Shown here: piece after piece, positions 38,701 through 48,558 of the stretch
How positions within the stretch are numbered: the stretch's first letter is position 1
How the letters are laid out: each line of letters opens with the position of its first letter
Position numbers and translations under genes: made by a program
Assembly (NCBI GenBank): GCA_037441705.1
Contig: JBBIRR010000019.1
Span: forward strand, 1-64,000
Length of the DNA: 64,000 bases
Direction of reading: 5' to 3'
Source: Ignavibacteriales bacterium
GTDB taxonomy: Bacteria > Bacteroidota > Ignavibacteria > UBA10030 > UBA6906
Notes under the pieces: model-generated
What the model saw: only the letters and a program-made list of their open reading frames with translations
Databases searched by the model: none
Told to the model about the DNA's origin: nothing

Positions 38701-39836
38701 TCGAGGAATCGAGTAGGAACAACCGTTGCCGGGGCTGCGGGAGTCGGCTGTTGCGTCATACGCCTGCCGGGCGCACCGCCGAAGGTGAGCCAGTAATAGT
38801 TGACATTGCTGTAATGATGAATGTAGTGGCGCAGCGTGCGTCCTGCCGGATCATAGGCGATTCCCTGCACGCCTTTGCCGTAGAACAGGACATAGTCGCC
38901 CGCGTTGAACTGGCCGTCGCTTTCACCCTCTACATAGATGGCGTTTTCTACAAGATCACTCGGCCGCGTCGCGTTGACGGCTTCCGGCAGCTCGCGGCCA
39001 TCGGCTCCGTAAATCTTGATCGTCCTCGGATCGACACCCGAGAGGTTGATACCGTTGGATGAGAAGAACTGCTGGTTCAGGATGTACATCCCCTCTTCCG
39101 CAACGGTCAGGCGATACCAGGTTCCCTGTGCAAGAACGCTGGGCACGCTCGTCGGTCGCTGCATCTGCCGCGCATCGGCAAACTTCCATGCTTTTGCAAC
39201 ATCATAGTTGAGCAGGAAGCCGGCGAACACCTCGTCGTCGCTATTCTGAATGCGGGACACGGAGGAAGGGGCATAGACGACTTCAACAACAATTCTGGAG
39301 TACTTGCGCAGCGTGCGCGTTGCAGGATTGTATTGAATCGGGTACAGACGCACGCCGCCGATAATCATGCTGCGGCTTTGATTGATCGGGGAAAGCTCGG
39401 CAACCGGCCCGGGAAGGAAGGTGTCTCGGCCGTACACGGACAGGTCAGGATCGTAACTCTTCGCATCGAGCATCTCGTCCCGCACAATTACTGTGGGAAC
39501 GGGAGCCAACATGACATCGCGAATCTCTTCGTAATCGGCGGCGACCACCTGCACGGCATTTCCTTCCAGAGCCTGGAAGGCAAGCGGCAGCAACCTGTAT
39601 TTCAAATCGGGGACACCCGGCTGGCGAACGTCGGCGGCAGGCTGCGCGCCTTCGAAATCATAAATGACAAACTCTCTGTCCTTATGATACATCGGCCGCG
39701 CAATCACCGCTTGCGGCCTGTACTCCAGAACAATGGATCGCTCATCGGAGCGAATCACCGTAACGTCGCGCTGCACGCCGGCCCATGCACTGTGCCACAT
39801 CAGAACCGCCGCCAAGATTCCGAAATGCGATTTCAC
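35799..39836 (-). CDS. porU: T9SS sortase PorU (C25 gingipain-like) with C-terminal CTD
   Basis: SVLAQGTWY, YVLFYG, QIYNEFSHG.PD..AIR, catalytic NFTGHG and ATCNF, LLGDP, AWDTYNN, NYPNPF...GIYLYKL; GTG start after GGAGAGG. Confidence 0.92.
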   Translation of the reverse strand: MKSHFGILAAVLMWHSAWAGVQRDVTVIRSDERSIVLEYRPQAVIARPMYHKDREFVIYDFEGAQPAADVRQPGVPDLKYRLLPLAFQALEGNAVQVVAADYEEIRDVMLAPVPTVIVRDEMLDAKSYDPDLSVYGRDTFLPGPVAELSPINQSRSMIIGGVRLYPIQYNPATRTLRKYSRIVVEVVYAPSSVSRIQNSDDEVFAGFLLNYDVAKAWKFADARQMQRPTSVPSVLAQGTWYRLTVAEEGMYILNQQFFSSNGINLSGVDPRTIKIYGADGRELPEAVNATRPSDLVENAIYVEGESDGQFNAGDYVLFYGKGVQGIAYDPAGRTLRHYIHHYSNVNYYWLTFGGAPGRRMTQQPTPAAPATVVPTRFLDASFIEPDTINIVRSGKDWVGPQIDPNGAYVRTLSLPGVIASEPRVYRYALVSSSQASATFTVREGTATIGEHGLPPIGGWDLATRATFEVTGAYPLSGSTSQLRFEYRTTAAGASGYLDWVEILYQRSFDPVNDALRFRSPDTAAVVEYRLGAFSGAASVFNVTDPANVMRVAASGGVFKAEEIGGRVSEYFALTSSAYKQPLAAVSIANQNLHGIGEQYDFIIITSDEYRGAANRLKDFRAQQAYGGLRTLVVTVDQIYNEFSHGVPDVSAIRDFLRYAYYNWTPQSPPRFVLFLGAASYDYKGLLGTRSSFVPTWQTTDYPFNDVYSSCTDDFFTRITTSRAPFFISARLNARTVSEANLVVDKIIGYEERSARGQWRTRIVVVADDGWTPENPRGEEGSLHTAQAESLAEQFTPDIFERRKIYLEEYPAVQTSQGRRKPGAYQDIIDEINRGALIVNFTGHGNPTVWTHENVFHVNTSIPLLTNGDKLSMFFAATCNFSQYDDPKRYTGAELLINKQNGGAIGVVSASRKVFADQNYYLNRGIYANMFSLDPFGRVRVERVATAIYLFKQTNNNDNDEKYLLLGDPTMRLQYPRGFVSIDTINAQSVDSADGQPRISPIQLRSLARITVTGAVRTETNAIEPNARGQLTLIVNDATRSITIPTFYNGPFTYRAPGGLIYRGLNSVANGRFTATFIVPKDIAYADSSTRGRLVAFYTDNDNNNGVGYTNKIWVGGSDPSAPGDSVGPAIRIYLGPTYESSLSFHPGSVVNENPTLFVDLIDSSGINTSTAGIGHRIEAWINNSPESKDMTEFYTSKVDNFQAGTVTYPLRDLPPGRNTIRVRAWDTYNNANTAETYFDVRSSDQLAVVDVMNYPNPFTRSTAFTFRHNQAVPVNATVKVYTVAGRLIQTIEAFGVAESFVKIPWDGRDRDGDELANGIYLYKLIVRTVDGRFTSEVLGKLAIAR

Positions 39837-40082
39837 GACTTGCCTCTCCAGAAGATGATCATCGGGCAGAAACAAAAAAACCGAACGTTACGAACATCGC
39901 AACACCCGGCGGCAAAACAAAAATTGGAGCCACCGCCGTCTTCGTGTTCGCTAAAGGTCCCTTCTGTACGTCACCCACTCACGTGCAAGAGAAGAACTCG
40001 AACAAGGATTCCCTTGCAAAAACCTTTACCGAACGAACTCTATAGGCTGTACTCCAGTCAATGTGGGGAAAAAGTCTGGAAA

Positions 40083-40111
40083 AATATAGAGAGAGCGGAA
40101 GTGAATGTCAA
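40083..40111 (-). promoter_or_regulatory. Sigma70 promoter of the porU-porV operon
   Basis: Minus strand TTGACA-N17-TATATT. Confidence 0.7.
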
Positions 40112-40220
40112 GAACTTTCTTGGCGTGCCAACGGTCGAACGCGTCACCGCTGCGCCTTCTGAGACGCGCGTGCCACACCGACATGTGTGTCCCGGCATCC
40201 CGCATGCGATGGAGGCTTCG

Positions 40221-40249
40221 TTGATTCTCAATTCATCTTTGGTTAACTT
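40221..40249 (+). promoter_or_regulatory. Putative sigma70 promoter of the glgA operon
   Basis: TTGATT-N17-TAACTT; a TATAAT also lies at 40261-66. Confidence 0.5.
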
Positions 40250-40306
40250 TTATCCGGTTCTATAATTCTTGTTCCGTACTCTCGCAGTCTCACAATCCGG
40301 GCAGGC

Positions 40307-41785
40307 ATGGCCAAACCAATTCAGGTGTTGTTTGTATCCAGCGAAGTGGAGCCATTTGCCAAAACCGGAGGCCTTGCAGACGTCTCAGCAGCGTTACCGC
40401 TCACCATCTACAACCTCGGGCTGGAAGTCCGCATCATGCTTCCGCGCTACGGCTCAATCAAGCACACCCCCTCGAAGCTGCATGACATGATCCGGTTGCA
40501 GGGCATGGAAGTTCCTGTGAACGAGGCTGTGTACCGCGCCAATGTGAAGTCTTCTTTCATGTTCGGGACGTTCACGAAAGTACAGGTCTATCTTCTGGAC
40601 AATGCCGAGTTGTTCGGACGACCCGGGCTGTACATCAACCCCGACACAAAAAAACCCTATCCCGACAACGACGTCCGCTTCATTTTCTTCTGTCGAGGTA
40701 TTCTCGAAATGTTGAAAAAGATGGGATGGCAGCCGGACATCATTCACTGCAACGATTGGCATACCGGGCTTCTGCCGGCGTATTTGAAGACTGTGTATAA
40801 GAACGACAAGTTCTACAAGAAGACGAAGTCTGTCTTTACCATCCATAATATGGCCTATCAAGGAGATTTTCCGAAGTCAACCTTCGCGAAGACTCTCCTG
40901 CCGCCCGAGGCGGAGCCGATGCTCGTGCACAATGATCGGGTGAATTTCTTGAAGGCAGGTCTGATGTATGCCGATCTGCTCACAGCCGTCAGCGGCAAGT
41001 ATGCGCAGGAGATTCAGACCACGGAGGAGTACGGATACGGCCTGCAGGAAGTGGTCGCCAAACGCAAGCGCCATCTCTATGGCATCACGAACGGCATCGA
41101 CACCGAAAAATGGAACCCGGCCACCGACGAACTCATCCCGCAGAAGTACGACATCAAGTCGCTTGAAGCGAAGATCGAAAACAAGAAGGCTCTTCTTCAG
41201 AAAATGAAACTTCCCTTCAAGGAGAAGACGCCGCTCATCGGCATTGTTTCCCGGCTGGCAGATCAGAAAGGGTTCGACCTCATCGGCGAAGCGTTAGAGA
41301 GCATGATGAAGATGGACCTGCAACTGATCGTGTTAGGGGTGGGTGAGAAAAAATATCATGACCTTCTCGAGAAGGCGGCCAAGAAGTTCCCGACGAAAAT
41401 TGCGGTTGCCCTTCGCTTCGATGAGACGCTGGCACACTGGATTGAAGCAGGCAGCGACATGTTCCTGATGCCGTCGCGCTACGAGCCCTGCGGCTTGAAT
41501 CAATTGTACAGCATGAAGTACGGCACGATTCCGATTGTGCGCGCAACGGGCGGGCTGGACGAGACCGTCGAGCAGGTCAACCCCGCGAAAGGAACGGGGA
41601 CGGGCTTCAAGTTTACAGAGTACAGGAGTTCCGCCATGCTCGACGCCATCCGGAGCGCCGTGAAGCTCTTTGCCGATCAGGAGACGTGGCGGAAAATTCA
41701 ACGCAACGCCATGACGAAAGACTATTCCTGGGAAGCTTCGGCAAAGAAGTACATCAAGCTCTATCAGAAGCTGCTCAATGCATGA
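40307..41785 (+). CDS. glgA: Glycogen synthase
   Basis: KTGGLADV, IHCNDWH, TIHNMAYQG, SRLADQKG, MPSRYEPCGL. Confidence 0.95.
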   Translation: MAKPIQVLFVSSEVEPFAKTGGLADVSAALPLTIYNLGLEVRIMLPRYGSIKHTPSKLHDMIRLQGMEVPVNEAVYRANVKSSFMFGTFTKVQVYLLDNAELFGRPGLYINPDTKKPYPDNDVRFIFFCRGILEMLKKMGWQPDIIHCNDWHTGLLPAYLKTVYKNDKFYKKTKSVFTIHNMAYQGDFPKSTFAKTLLPPEAEPMLVHNDRVNFLKAGLMYADLLTAVSGKYAQEIQTTEEYGYGLQEVVAKRKRHLYGITNGIDTEKWNPATDELIPQKYDIKSLEAKIENKKALLQKMKLPFKEKTPLIGIVSRLADQKGFDLIGEALESMMKMDLQLIVLGVGEKKYHDLLEKAAKKFPTKIAVALRFDETLAHWIEAGSDMFLMPSRYEPCGLNQLYSMKYGTIPIVRATGGLDETVEQVNPAKGTGTGFKFTEYRSSAMLDAIRSAVKLFADQETWRKIQRNAMTKDYSWEASAKKYIKLYQKLLNA

Positions 41786-42371
41786 CCGGGTGGGCGTGTT
41801 TCTCGATAGAGACGGGACGCTGAACGTTGAAGTGGATTTCCTCCGTTCGCCTGACGAACTTCAGGTGATCGCAGGAGCGCCGGCGGCGGTCGCCCGGCTG
41901 AACAGGCACGGCATCATCACCTGCGTCATCTCCAACCAATCGGGCGTGGCGCGAGGCTTGCTCACGGAAGACGATCTGGCTGTGATTCATGCGCGTTTAG
42001 AAGAAGAATTTCGGGCGGGCGGCGCGACGTTCGACCGCATCTTCTACTGTCCACACCATCCAACCGAAGGCATCGCGCCGTACAACGTTGATTGCGCGTG
42101 CCGCAAGCCCAAGCCCGGCATGCTGCTGCAGGGCGCGAAGGAGTTCGGACTTGATCTGAACACGTGCTTTGTCGTGGGTGATAGTGTCGTCGACATGCAA
42201 GCAGGGAACGCCGTCGGTGCAACAACGATTCTCGTCCAAACCGGCTACGGAACGAAGAGCTTGCAGACATGTACGGAACAAGGAATTCCGGTCGCGTTTG
42301 TGGCCCCCACAATTGTGGAGGCGGTAGATTTTATTCTCGACTATGAACGAAGGAGAACGAACCAATCATGA
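41778..42371 (+). CDS. gmhB: HAD phosphatase, D,D-heptose 1,7-bisphosphate phosphatase-like
   Basis: FLDRDGT, SNQSG, CPHHP...CACRKP, VGD. Confidence 0.8.
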   Translation: MHDRVGVFLDRDGTLNVEVDFLRSPDELQVIAGAPAAVARLNRHGIITCVISNQSGVARGLLTEDDLAVIHARLEEEFRAGGATFDRIFYCPHHPTEGIAPYNVDCACRKPKPGMLLQGAKEFGLDLNTCFVVGDSVVDMQAGNAVGATTILVQTGYGTKSLQTCTEQGIPVAFVAPTIVEAVDFILDYERRRTNQS

Positions 42372-43570
42372 GGGATGAGTTTTTGTGGGTGCGAGGAATT
42401 GTGAACATGCTGCTCATTGCCGTAATGGCGATGGGCTGCAGCGAATCCATCACGAACCCGCTGACCCCCGGCTCCGGCTTGCGGCGCGATGACGTCATCA
42501 TTCGCGACACAACGCTTGTCGCCGTCGCCGATTCGGTATTCTTGCTGCGCCTGGCGCCCGACAGCCTGCTGTTTGCGCCGACGCAGCGCAACCTGATCGG
42601 GAAGAATGGCAACTACACCGCGCTCGCCGCTGTGCGGTTCTATCCCCCGGCGCGCGATACCATCAGTGTGCTTTCCGCGAAGCTTACGCTGCGGTTCATT
42701 TCGCGGCAGGGCGATCCGGCAGGATCGTTCGGGTTCACCATCCACAAGATTCTGAGCGAATGGAACCAACGTTCTCTCACGTGGCCGAAGGCGAATGAAG
42801 CGGGATTCTATGAAGCCGGCGTCCAGCGCGGCAGTTACACGAGTACCGCCGTCACCGATACGCAACTCGTCACTCTTGATCTTGACACGACAATGGTTCG
42901 AGAATGGTTCAGGTCCGGCCAATCATCGTACGGCGTGCTCTTGGTTCCGACGCCGACCTCTACCATGATCCGAGGATTCTCGGCGTTCGACTACGATTCG
43001 TCGAAATTCTGGCCCAAGCTCGAAGTGATTGCTACGGATGCCAACCGCACGGGACGCTTTCGCGATACAACGACCTTCCAGGACCCGCCGGGTGCGGATA
43101 CGTACGTTGCCGACGTGGCTCCGTTCCCGATTGATTCCAGTCGGATCTACACCCAGGCAGGCATCGTCTATCGCAGCGTCCTGAGGTTCGATGTTTCGCA
43201 TTTGCCGGCGGGCACGATCATCAACTCGGCCGAACTTCTGCTCGAGCGTGACGGCGCGCTCAGCGCCACGTTCGGCTTCTCGCCCGATCCCACGCCGGTG
43301 GTCCATGCACTCACGCGCAGCGACTCGGTCGTCTTCGAAGCGCCGTTCTCCGGGGGTGCGCTCAAGGGGAGTTCGACGACCACGTTCGCATTCGACGTGC
43401 GGCGGCAGGTACAATTGTGGGTGAACGGCGCGAATCACGGCTTGCTGCTGCGGCAAGCGCTTGCCAACGAGATCAACACGCTCGATCTGTTCGTGTTCTA
43501 CGGCAGGCGCGCCGCCGATGCGGCCAAACGCCCGCGGATCGTGATCAAGTACACACAGTTTCCGAAGTAG
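42368..43570 (+). CDS. Lipoprotein with DNRLRE/CBM96-like beta-sandwich domains
   Basis: Lipobox AMGC; RSVLRFDVS.LP....I.SAEL, NHGLLL, RPRIVIKY. Confidence 0.6.
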   Translation: MRDEFLWVRGIVNMLLIAVMAMGCSESITNPLTPGSGLRRDDVIIRDTTLVAVADSVFLLRLAPDSLLFAPTQRNLIGKNGNYTALAAVRFYPPARDTISVLSAKLTLRFISRQGDPAGSFGFTIHKILSEWNQRSLTWPKANEAGFYEAGVQRGSYTSTAVTDTQLVTLDLDTTMVREWFRSGQSSYGVLLVPTPTSTMIRGFSAFDYDSSKFWPKLEVIATDANRTGRFRDTTTFQDPPGADTYVADVAPFPIDSSRIYTQAGIVYRSVLRFDVSHLPAGTIINSAELLLERDGALSATFGFSPDPTPVVHALTRSDSVVFEAPFSGGALKGSSTTTFAFDVRRQVQLWVNGANHGLLLRQALANEINTLDLFVFYGRRAADAAKRPRIVIKYTQFPK

Positions 43571-43579
43571 GAGGCTCTC

Positions 43580-44812
43580 GTGAAGCGCGTACTCATTGCA
43601 ACATGCAGCATGCTGCTGGCCGCCGAGATGTTTGCCGGCAACGGCGGCTCGGCCTATACAATGTTTGGGATCGGGGATCTCGCATACTATCCCAGCGCAC
43701 GCAGCGCAGGCATGGGATATACCGGAATCGGGTTGCCGTCGCAAGGCTACATCAACGCGCTTTCGCCGGCGGCGTGGAGCCGCGTCAACCGCGTGCGCGT
43801 GGATGCCAACGCCCTGTACGAAGGCATCAATACCTCCGATGCAACGGCAAAACTGTATCAGGCGCGCGGGTTGTTTCAGGGTGTTCATTTCGCCATTCCC
43901 ATCTCGCCCGCGAACGGCATTGTGTTCGCTGCCGGATTCTCTCCCTTCAGCCGCATTGCGTACAACATCTCGCACACGAACTCGCAGGGCGGTGTGGACT
44001 ACCGGCTCAACGACATCGGCAGCGGGGGATTGACGAGAGGCCAGGTCGGACTCTCCTACGCGCCGTTCGAAGACCTTGCGCTCGGCGCGTCGGTGAATTA
44101 TTTGTTTGGAAAAACCTCAACCCAACGGACCCTCATTCCTCTCAGCTCCGGCGTATCGGGGGCAACGCTGTTCGTCGAGCAGGAACACCGCGGCACCAAC
44201 TTCACCTTCAGCACCATCTTCACAGGGTTAGGACGAGTCAGCGAAGCGCTGCGTCCTCTCTCGCTCGGCTTTGTCGTAACGACTCAGGCCAATCTCTCGT
44301 ACGATCTGACCAATCGTCTTGAGTTTGTTGCAGAAACCGACACAACGCAGAGTGCCGAACAAACGTTGACGATTCCGGTGGCGTTCGGCGTGGGCGCGGC
44401 GTATCAGATCTCCGACCGCTGGCTATTGGCGGCCGATTACTACACTCAGGCGTGGAGTAAGGCGCGCGCCAACGGGCTTCCTTTGCTGAACATCCGGAAC
44501 AGCCATCGCTTCGGATTCGGGATCGAAAAACTGCCGCTCAAGGATGCAAGCTCCTGGTGGGATAAGCTTGCGTATCGTCTCGGCCTTGTCTACGAGGCAA
44601 CGTACTACCGCATCAACGGTGAGCCGATCAACCTGTGGGCGGTTACCGGCGGCGTGACGATGCCGGTGAGCGGCGAGACGCGCTTTACGCTCGGCCTTGA
44701 GTACGCACAGCGCGGACGCGAACAGACGCCTCTGGTGAAAGACCGCATCATTCGCGTCTCGTTCGCCCTCTCGTTCGCCGAGCTGTGGTTCGTTCGCTAC
44801 GAGGAGGAATAG
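43580..44812 (+). CDS. Outer-membrane beta-barrel protein (FadL/PorV-like superfamily)
   Basis: Signal peptide, SAYTMFGIGD...RSAGMG plug, amphipathic beta strands, C-terminal ELWFVR. Confidence 0.7.
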   Translation: MKRVLIATCSMLLAAEMFAGNGGSAYTMFGIGDLAYYPSARSAGMGYTGIGLPSQGYINALSPAAWSRVNRVRVDANALYEGINTSDATAKLYQARGLFQGVHFAIPISPANGIVFAAGFSPFSRIAYNISHTNSQGGVDYRLNDIGSGGLTRGQVGLSYAPFEDLALGASVNYLFGKTSTQRTLIPLSSGVSGATLFVEQEHRGTNFTFSTIFTGLGRVSEALRPLSLGFVVTTQANLSYDLTNRLEFVAETDTTQSAEQTLTIPVAFGVGAAYQISDRWLLAADYYTQAWSKARANGLPLLNIRNSHRFGFGIEKLPLKDASSWWDKLAYRLGLVYEATYYRINGEPINLWAVTGGVTMPVSGETRFTLGLEYAQRGREQTPLVKDRIIRVSFALSFAELWFVRYEEE

Positions 44813-44854
44813 TCGAGGAGTTTTCATGCACTCCACCACATTACCGAGATACCT

Positions 44855-46153
44855 ATGAACACGCTCCGATCATCAGACCCCGAGATTTTCAACGCAATCA
44901 AGAATGAAATCCATCGTCAGAACACAAAACTCGAGTTGATTGCGTCTGAGAATTTCGTCAGCCGAGCTGTACTGGAAGCGCTCGGCACGCCCCTCACCAA
45001 CAAATACGCCGAAGGCTATCCCGGCAAACGTTATTACGGCGGCTGCGAATTTGTTGACGTGGCCGAGGACCTTGCGCGCGAGCGCGTGAAGCAGCTCTTC
45101 GGCGCCGAATATGCAAACGTCCAGCCGCATTCAGGCTCGCAGGCCAACATGGCCGTCTACTTCACGTTCGTGAAGCCGGGCGACACGCTGATGGGCATGA
45201 ATCTCTCGCACGGCGGGCACCTCACGCACGGCTCGCCTGTGAATTTCTCCGGACAGTTTTACAAGTTTGTCGCCTACGGCGTCGGCAAGGAAACGGGTAC
45301 GATTGACTACAACGAGGTCGAAGCCGTTGCAAAGCGCGAGAAGCCCAAGATGATTACCGTCGGCGCGAGCGCATACTCGCGCGATATCAACTTCAAAATC
45401 TTTCGCGAGATCGCCGACAAAGTCGGAGCGTTCTTGTTCGCCGACATCGCCCATCCGGCGGGATTGATTGCTGCCGATTTGCTGAGCGATCCCCTTCCCC
45501 ACTGCCACGTGGTCACCTCCACAACACACAAAACACTGCGCGGCCCACGCGGCGGCTTGATATTGATGGGGAAGGATTTCGACAATCCGTTCGGGCAGGT
45601 GGCACCGAAATCCGGGCGCGTGAAGAAGATGTCGGAACTGATCGACTCGATGGTGATTCCCGGAATTCAAGGCGGTCCGCTGATGCACGTGATTGCCGCA
45701 AAAGCCGTTGCATTCAAGGAAGCCCTGCAGCCGGACTTCAAAACCTACGCGCAGCAGATCATCAAGAATGCCCAGGCCCTCGCCGCAAAGCTGGTGAAGC
45801 TCGGCTACCACATCATCTCCGGCGGCACGGACAATCACCTGATGCTCGTTGACTTGCGCAGCAAAGGCCTCACCGGCAAGGATGCGCAGGAGGCACTCGA
45901 TGAGGCCGGCATCACCGTGAACAAGAACGCCGTGCCTTTCGACGACAAGAGTCCGCTCATCACCAGCGGCATTCGCATCGGGACTCCCGCACTCACCACC
46001 CGCGGCATGAAGGAAGCGGAGATGGACTACATCGGCGATCTTATCAACGAAGTGCTGACCCATGTCGGCAATAAGGCCGTCTACCAATCCGTGGCGAGAA
46101 AAGTGGAAGAGTTGTGCACGCGGTTTCCTCTGTATCCCGAGCTGCAAAACTGA
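44855..46153 (+). CDS. glyA: Serine hydroxymethyltransferase
   Basis: [47 protein letters not shown]. Confidence 0.98.
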   Translation: MNTLRSSDPEIFNAIKNEIHRQNTKLELIASENFVSRAVLEALGTPLTNKYAEGYPGKRYYGGCEFVDVAEDLARERVKQLFGAEYANVQPHSGSQANMAVYFTFVKPGDTLMGMNLSHGGHLTHGSPVNFSGQFYKFVAYGVGKETGTIDYNEVEAVAKREKPKMITVGASAYSRDINFKIFREIADKVGAFLFADIAHPAGLIAADLLSDPLPHCHVVTSTTHKTLRGPRGGLILMGKDFDNPFGQVAPKSGRVKKMSELIDSMVIPGIQGGPLMHVIAAKAVAFKEALQPDFKTYAQQIIKNAQALAAKLVKLGYHIISGGTDNHLMLVDLRSKGLTGKDAQEALDEAGITVNKNAVPFDDKSPLITSGIRIGTPALTTRGMKEAEMDYIGDLINEVLTHVGNKAVYQSVARKVEELCTRFPLYPELQN

Positions 46154-46245
46154 GAACGAACACTTGCGAGTGTATGTGCCGGCGTGTGAAAATGTCAGAA
46201 AGCAGATCATGAGTTGGGGACTGCAAAACTCAGGCACGGTGCATC

Positions 46246-47109
46246 GTGCAGCCGCTCTCCGTGGTTATCCATTCACAACCTATTCCGACCTTGGCCGACG
46301 CAACGATCGAAACTCCTGCTGAAGACCGTGACACAGCAGGCCCGGAAGAGAAAGAGATGACGTTCCTCGACCACCTCGAGGAACTGCGCTGGCGAATCGT
46401 GAAAGCCCTTGTCGGTGTCGTCATCGGGACAATTCTCTGCTGGGTGTTTATTGATTGGATCATGGATAGCGTACTGCTGATGCCTGTGAAGAATGTGAAC
46501 GCGCTTCGAGCGCCGGGACAGCAGCCGATCAATCTCCAGAATCTAAAACCGTTCGGCCAGTTGTTTTTGTACATGCAGGTGGCGATTATTGGGGGCATCA
46601 TCATCAGCATCCCGAACATTCTGTATCAACTGTGGGCGTTCATTGCTCCGGGCTTGCTGCCGAAGGAACGCCGCTACATCAAGGCCATCGTGATCTTCTC
46701 ATCGTTCTGTTTTCTTGCCGGTATCGCGTTCGCATATTTCGTAATGCTGCCGTCGGCGCTGAGGTTCTTCGCGGGCTTCGGCTCGCCCCAGATCGCCAAC
46801 AACATCGCCATCAACGAATACATGAGCTTCATCATCAGCGTGATGTTGGCGGCAGGCGTTGTCTTCGAACTGCCGATGGTATCGTGGTTTCTCTCGCAGC
46901 TCGGCATTCTGACGCCGGCCTTCATGCGGCACTATCGCCGCCATGCCATCGTTGCCATTTTTGTTGCTGCAGCGCTTCTCACGCCGGGCACCGACCCCGT
47001 CAGCCAGGTGCTGCTGGCAGGGCCGCTGCTGTTGCTGTATGAGCTGAGCATCGGCATCTCCGCACTTGCGTGGCGGGCAAAAGGAAAACGCGCCGCACAA
47101 TCTTCATAA
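46246..47109 (+). CDS. tatC: Twin-arginine translocase TatC (start possibly TTG 46291)
   Basis: MTFLDHLEELRWR, YQLWAFIAPGL, FELP, LTPGTDP.SQ, LYE. Confidence 0.95.
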   Translation: MQPLSVVIHSQPIPTLADATIETPAEDRDTAGPEEKEMTFLDHLEELRWRIVKALVGVVIGTILCWVFIDWIMDSVLLMPVKNVNALRAPGQQPINLQNLKPFGQLFLYMQVAIIGGIIISIPNILYQLWAFIAPGLLPKERRYIKAIVIFSSFCFLAGIAFAYFVMLPSALRFFAGFGSPQIANNIAINEYMSFIISVMLAAGVVFELPMVSWFLSQLGILTPAFMRHYRRHAIVAIFVAAALLTPGTDPVSQVLLAGPLLLLYELSIGISALAWRAKGKRAAQSS

Positions 47110-47129
47110 TCTCTGGATCGAGAAACCCC

Positions 47130-48101
47130 TTGACACTCAACGAAATTGCACGTCCTATCCAACGCCACCTCGACCACTTCGACGGCCTGTTCGCCCAGGC
47201 CATCCGTTCGAACGTCGGCCTGGTGGACCTTGTCACGAAGTACATTATCCGGCGCAAGGGGAAGCGCGTCCGACCCATCCTGGTGCTCCTGAGCGCCGAG
47301 CTGTGCGGCGGCGTGAACGAGAAAACCTATCGCGGCGCAACGCTGGTCGAAATCCTCCACACCGCCACGCTCATTCACGACGATGTCGTTGACGACGCTG
47401 ATACGCGGCGCGGCTTCGCGTCCATCAATGCCGTCTGGAAAAACAAAATTGCCGTCCTGATGGGCGACTACCTCCTCTCGAAAGGCTTACTCCTGTCGCT
47501 GGAGCATGACGATTTTGTTTTCCTCAAGATCACCTCCACGGCTGTCCGGCGCATGAGTGAAGGAGAAATCCATCAGATTCAGAAAAGCAGGCAGCTGGAT
47601 ATGGATGAACGAACGTATCTACAAATTATCGGCGACAAGACAGCGTCGTTGTTAGCCACCTGCACCGAGATCGGCGCGGCAAGCGCAACCCGCGATGCGG
47701 AACAACGGCGGTTGCTGCGAGAGTACGGCGAGAGGGTGGGATTGGCATTTCAAATCCGCGACGACTTGCTCGATTACATCGGACGCAAGAGCATCACCGG
47801 GAAGCCGACGGGACTTGATCTGAGTGAAAAGAAACTCACGTTGCCGCTCATTCATGCCTTCACACGAGCGCCGAAGAAAAACACCAGGGAAATCTTGAGC
47901 ATGATCAAGAACGGCAAGAAAAGAGGAAGCGTCAGGCGTGTTCTTGAGTTTGTCGAGGAATATGGAGGGATCGAGTACGCAGCGAAGCGCGCGCGGGAGT
48001 TCTCCGCTCAGGCCAAGGCAACTCTCGCGCCGTTTCCCGATTCACCAAGCAAACAGGCGCTTCTCAGCTTCGCCGATTTTGTCGTAGAACGGGATAAGTG
48101 A
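47130..48101 (+). CDS. Polyprenyl (octa/heptaprenyl) diphosphate synthase
   Basis: GKRVRP, LIHDDVVD..RRG, KTASL, AFQIRDDLLD; TTG start 47130. Confidence 0.92.
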   Translation: MTLNEIARPIQRHLDHFDGLFAQAIRSNVGLVDLVTKYIIRRKGKRVRPILVLLSAELCGGVNEKTYRGATLVEILHTATLIHDDVVDDADTRRGFASINAVWKNKIAVLMGDYLLSKGLLLSLEHDDFVFLKITSTAVRRMSEGEIHQIQKSRQLDMDERTYLQIIGDKTASLLATCTEIGAASATRDAEQRRLLREYGERVGLAFQIRDDLLDYIGRKSITGKPTGLDLSEKKLTLPLIHAFTRAPKKNTREILSMIKNGKKRGSVRRVLEFVEEYGGIEYAAKRAREFSAQAKATLAPFPDSPSKQALLSFADFVVERDK

Positions 48102-48127
48102 TCATGACGGGGTGAGACACACGTTGG

Positions 48128-48448
48128 CTACGCCACCCCTAATTTCTTCTTCGCCTCTTCAGACATCATGGCGGGCGACCAGGCCGGCTGCCACACGATG
48201 CGCACATCAGCTTCTTTGACACCGGGGACTTTGAGCACGCGGTTGCGGACATTCTGGGAAATCATGCCGCTCATACCGCAGCCCGGCGATGTGAGCGTCA
48301 TCTTCACTCCCACCCAATCATCAATAATCTTTACGTCGTAGATCAATCCCAGATCAACAAGGTTGACCGGAATCTCGGGATCGTAACACTCGCGCAGCGC
48401 ATCGTACACCGCCGCTTCGGAAACCGTTGTCGTTGTTTGATCTGCCAT
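48128..48448 (-). CDS. DUF59/SufT-like Fe-S cluster assembly factor
   Basis: YDPEIPVNLVDLGLIY, MTLTSPGC, W.PAWSP. Confidence 0.9.
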   Translation of the reverse strand: MADQTTTTVSEAAVYDALRECYDPEIPVNLVDLGLIYDVKIIDDWVGVKMTLTSPGCGMSGMISQNVRNRVLKVPGVKEADVRIVWQPAWSPAMMSEEAKKKLGVA

Positions 48449-48558
48449 GGATTGTCGTCCTCTCCTCCGATACGTTTATGTTTTCGCCGTATCAAGGTAC
48501 AAATTCGGAGAAGAAAGTTCAAACTTGACAATCTCACGCACGATCGTGTAATTAGACC

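Noticed and set aside
48449-48558. Fluoride riboswitch upstream of ClC
   Set aside because: No match to the crcB motif pattern is visible.
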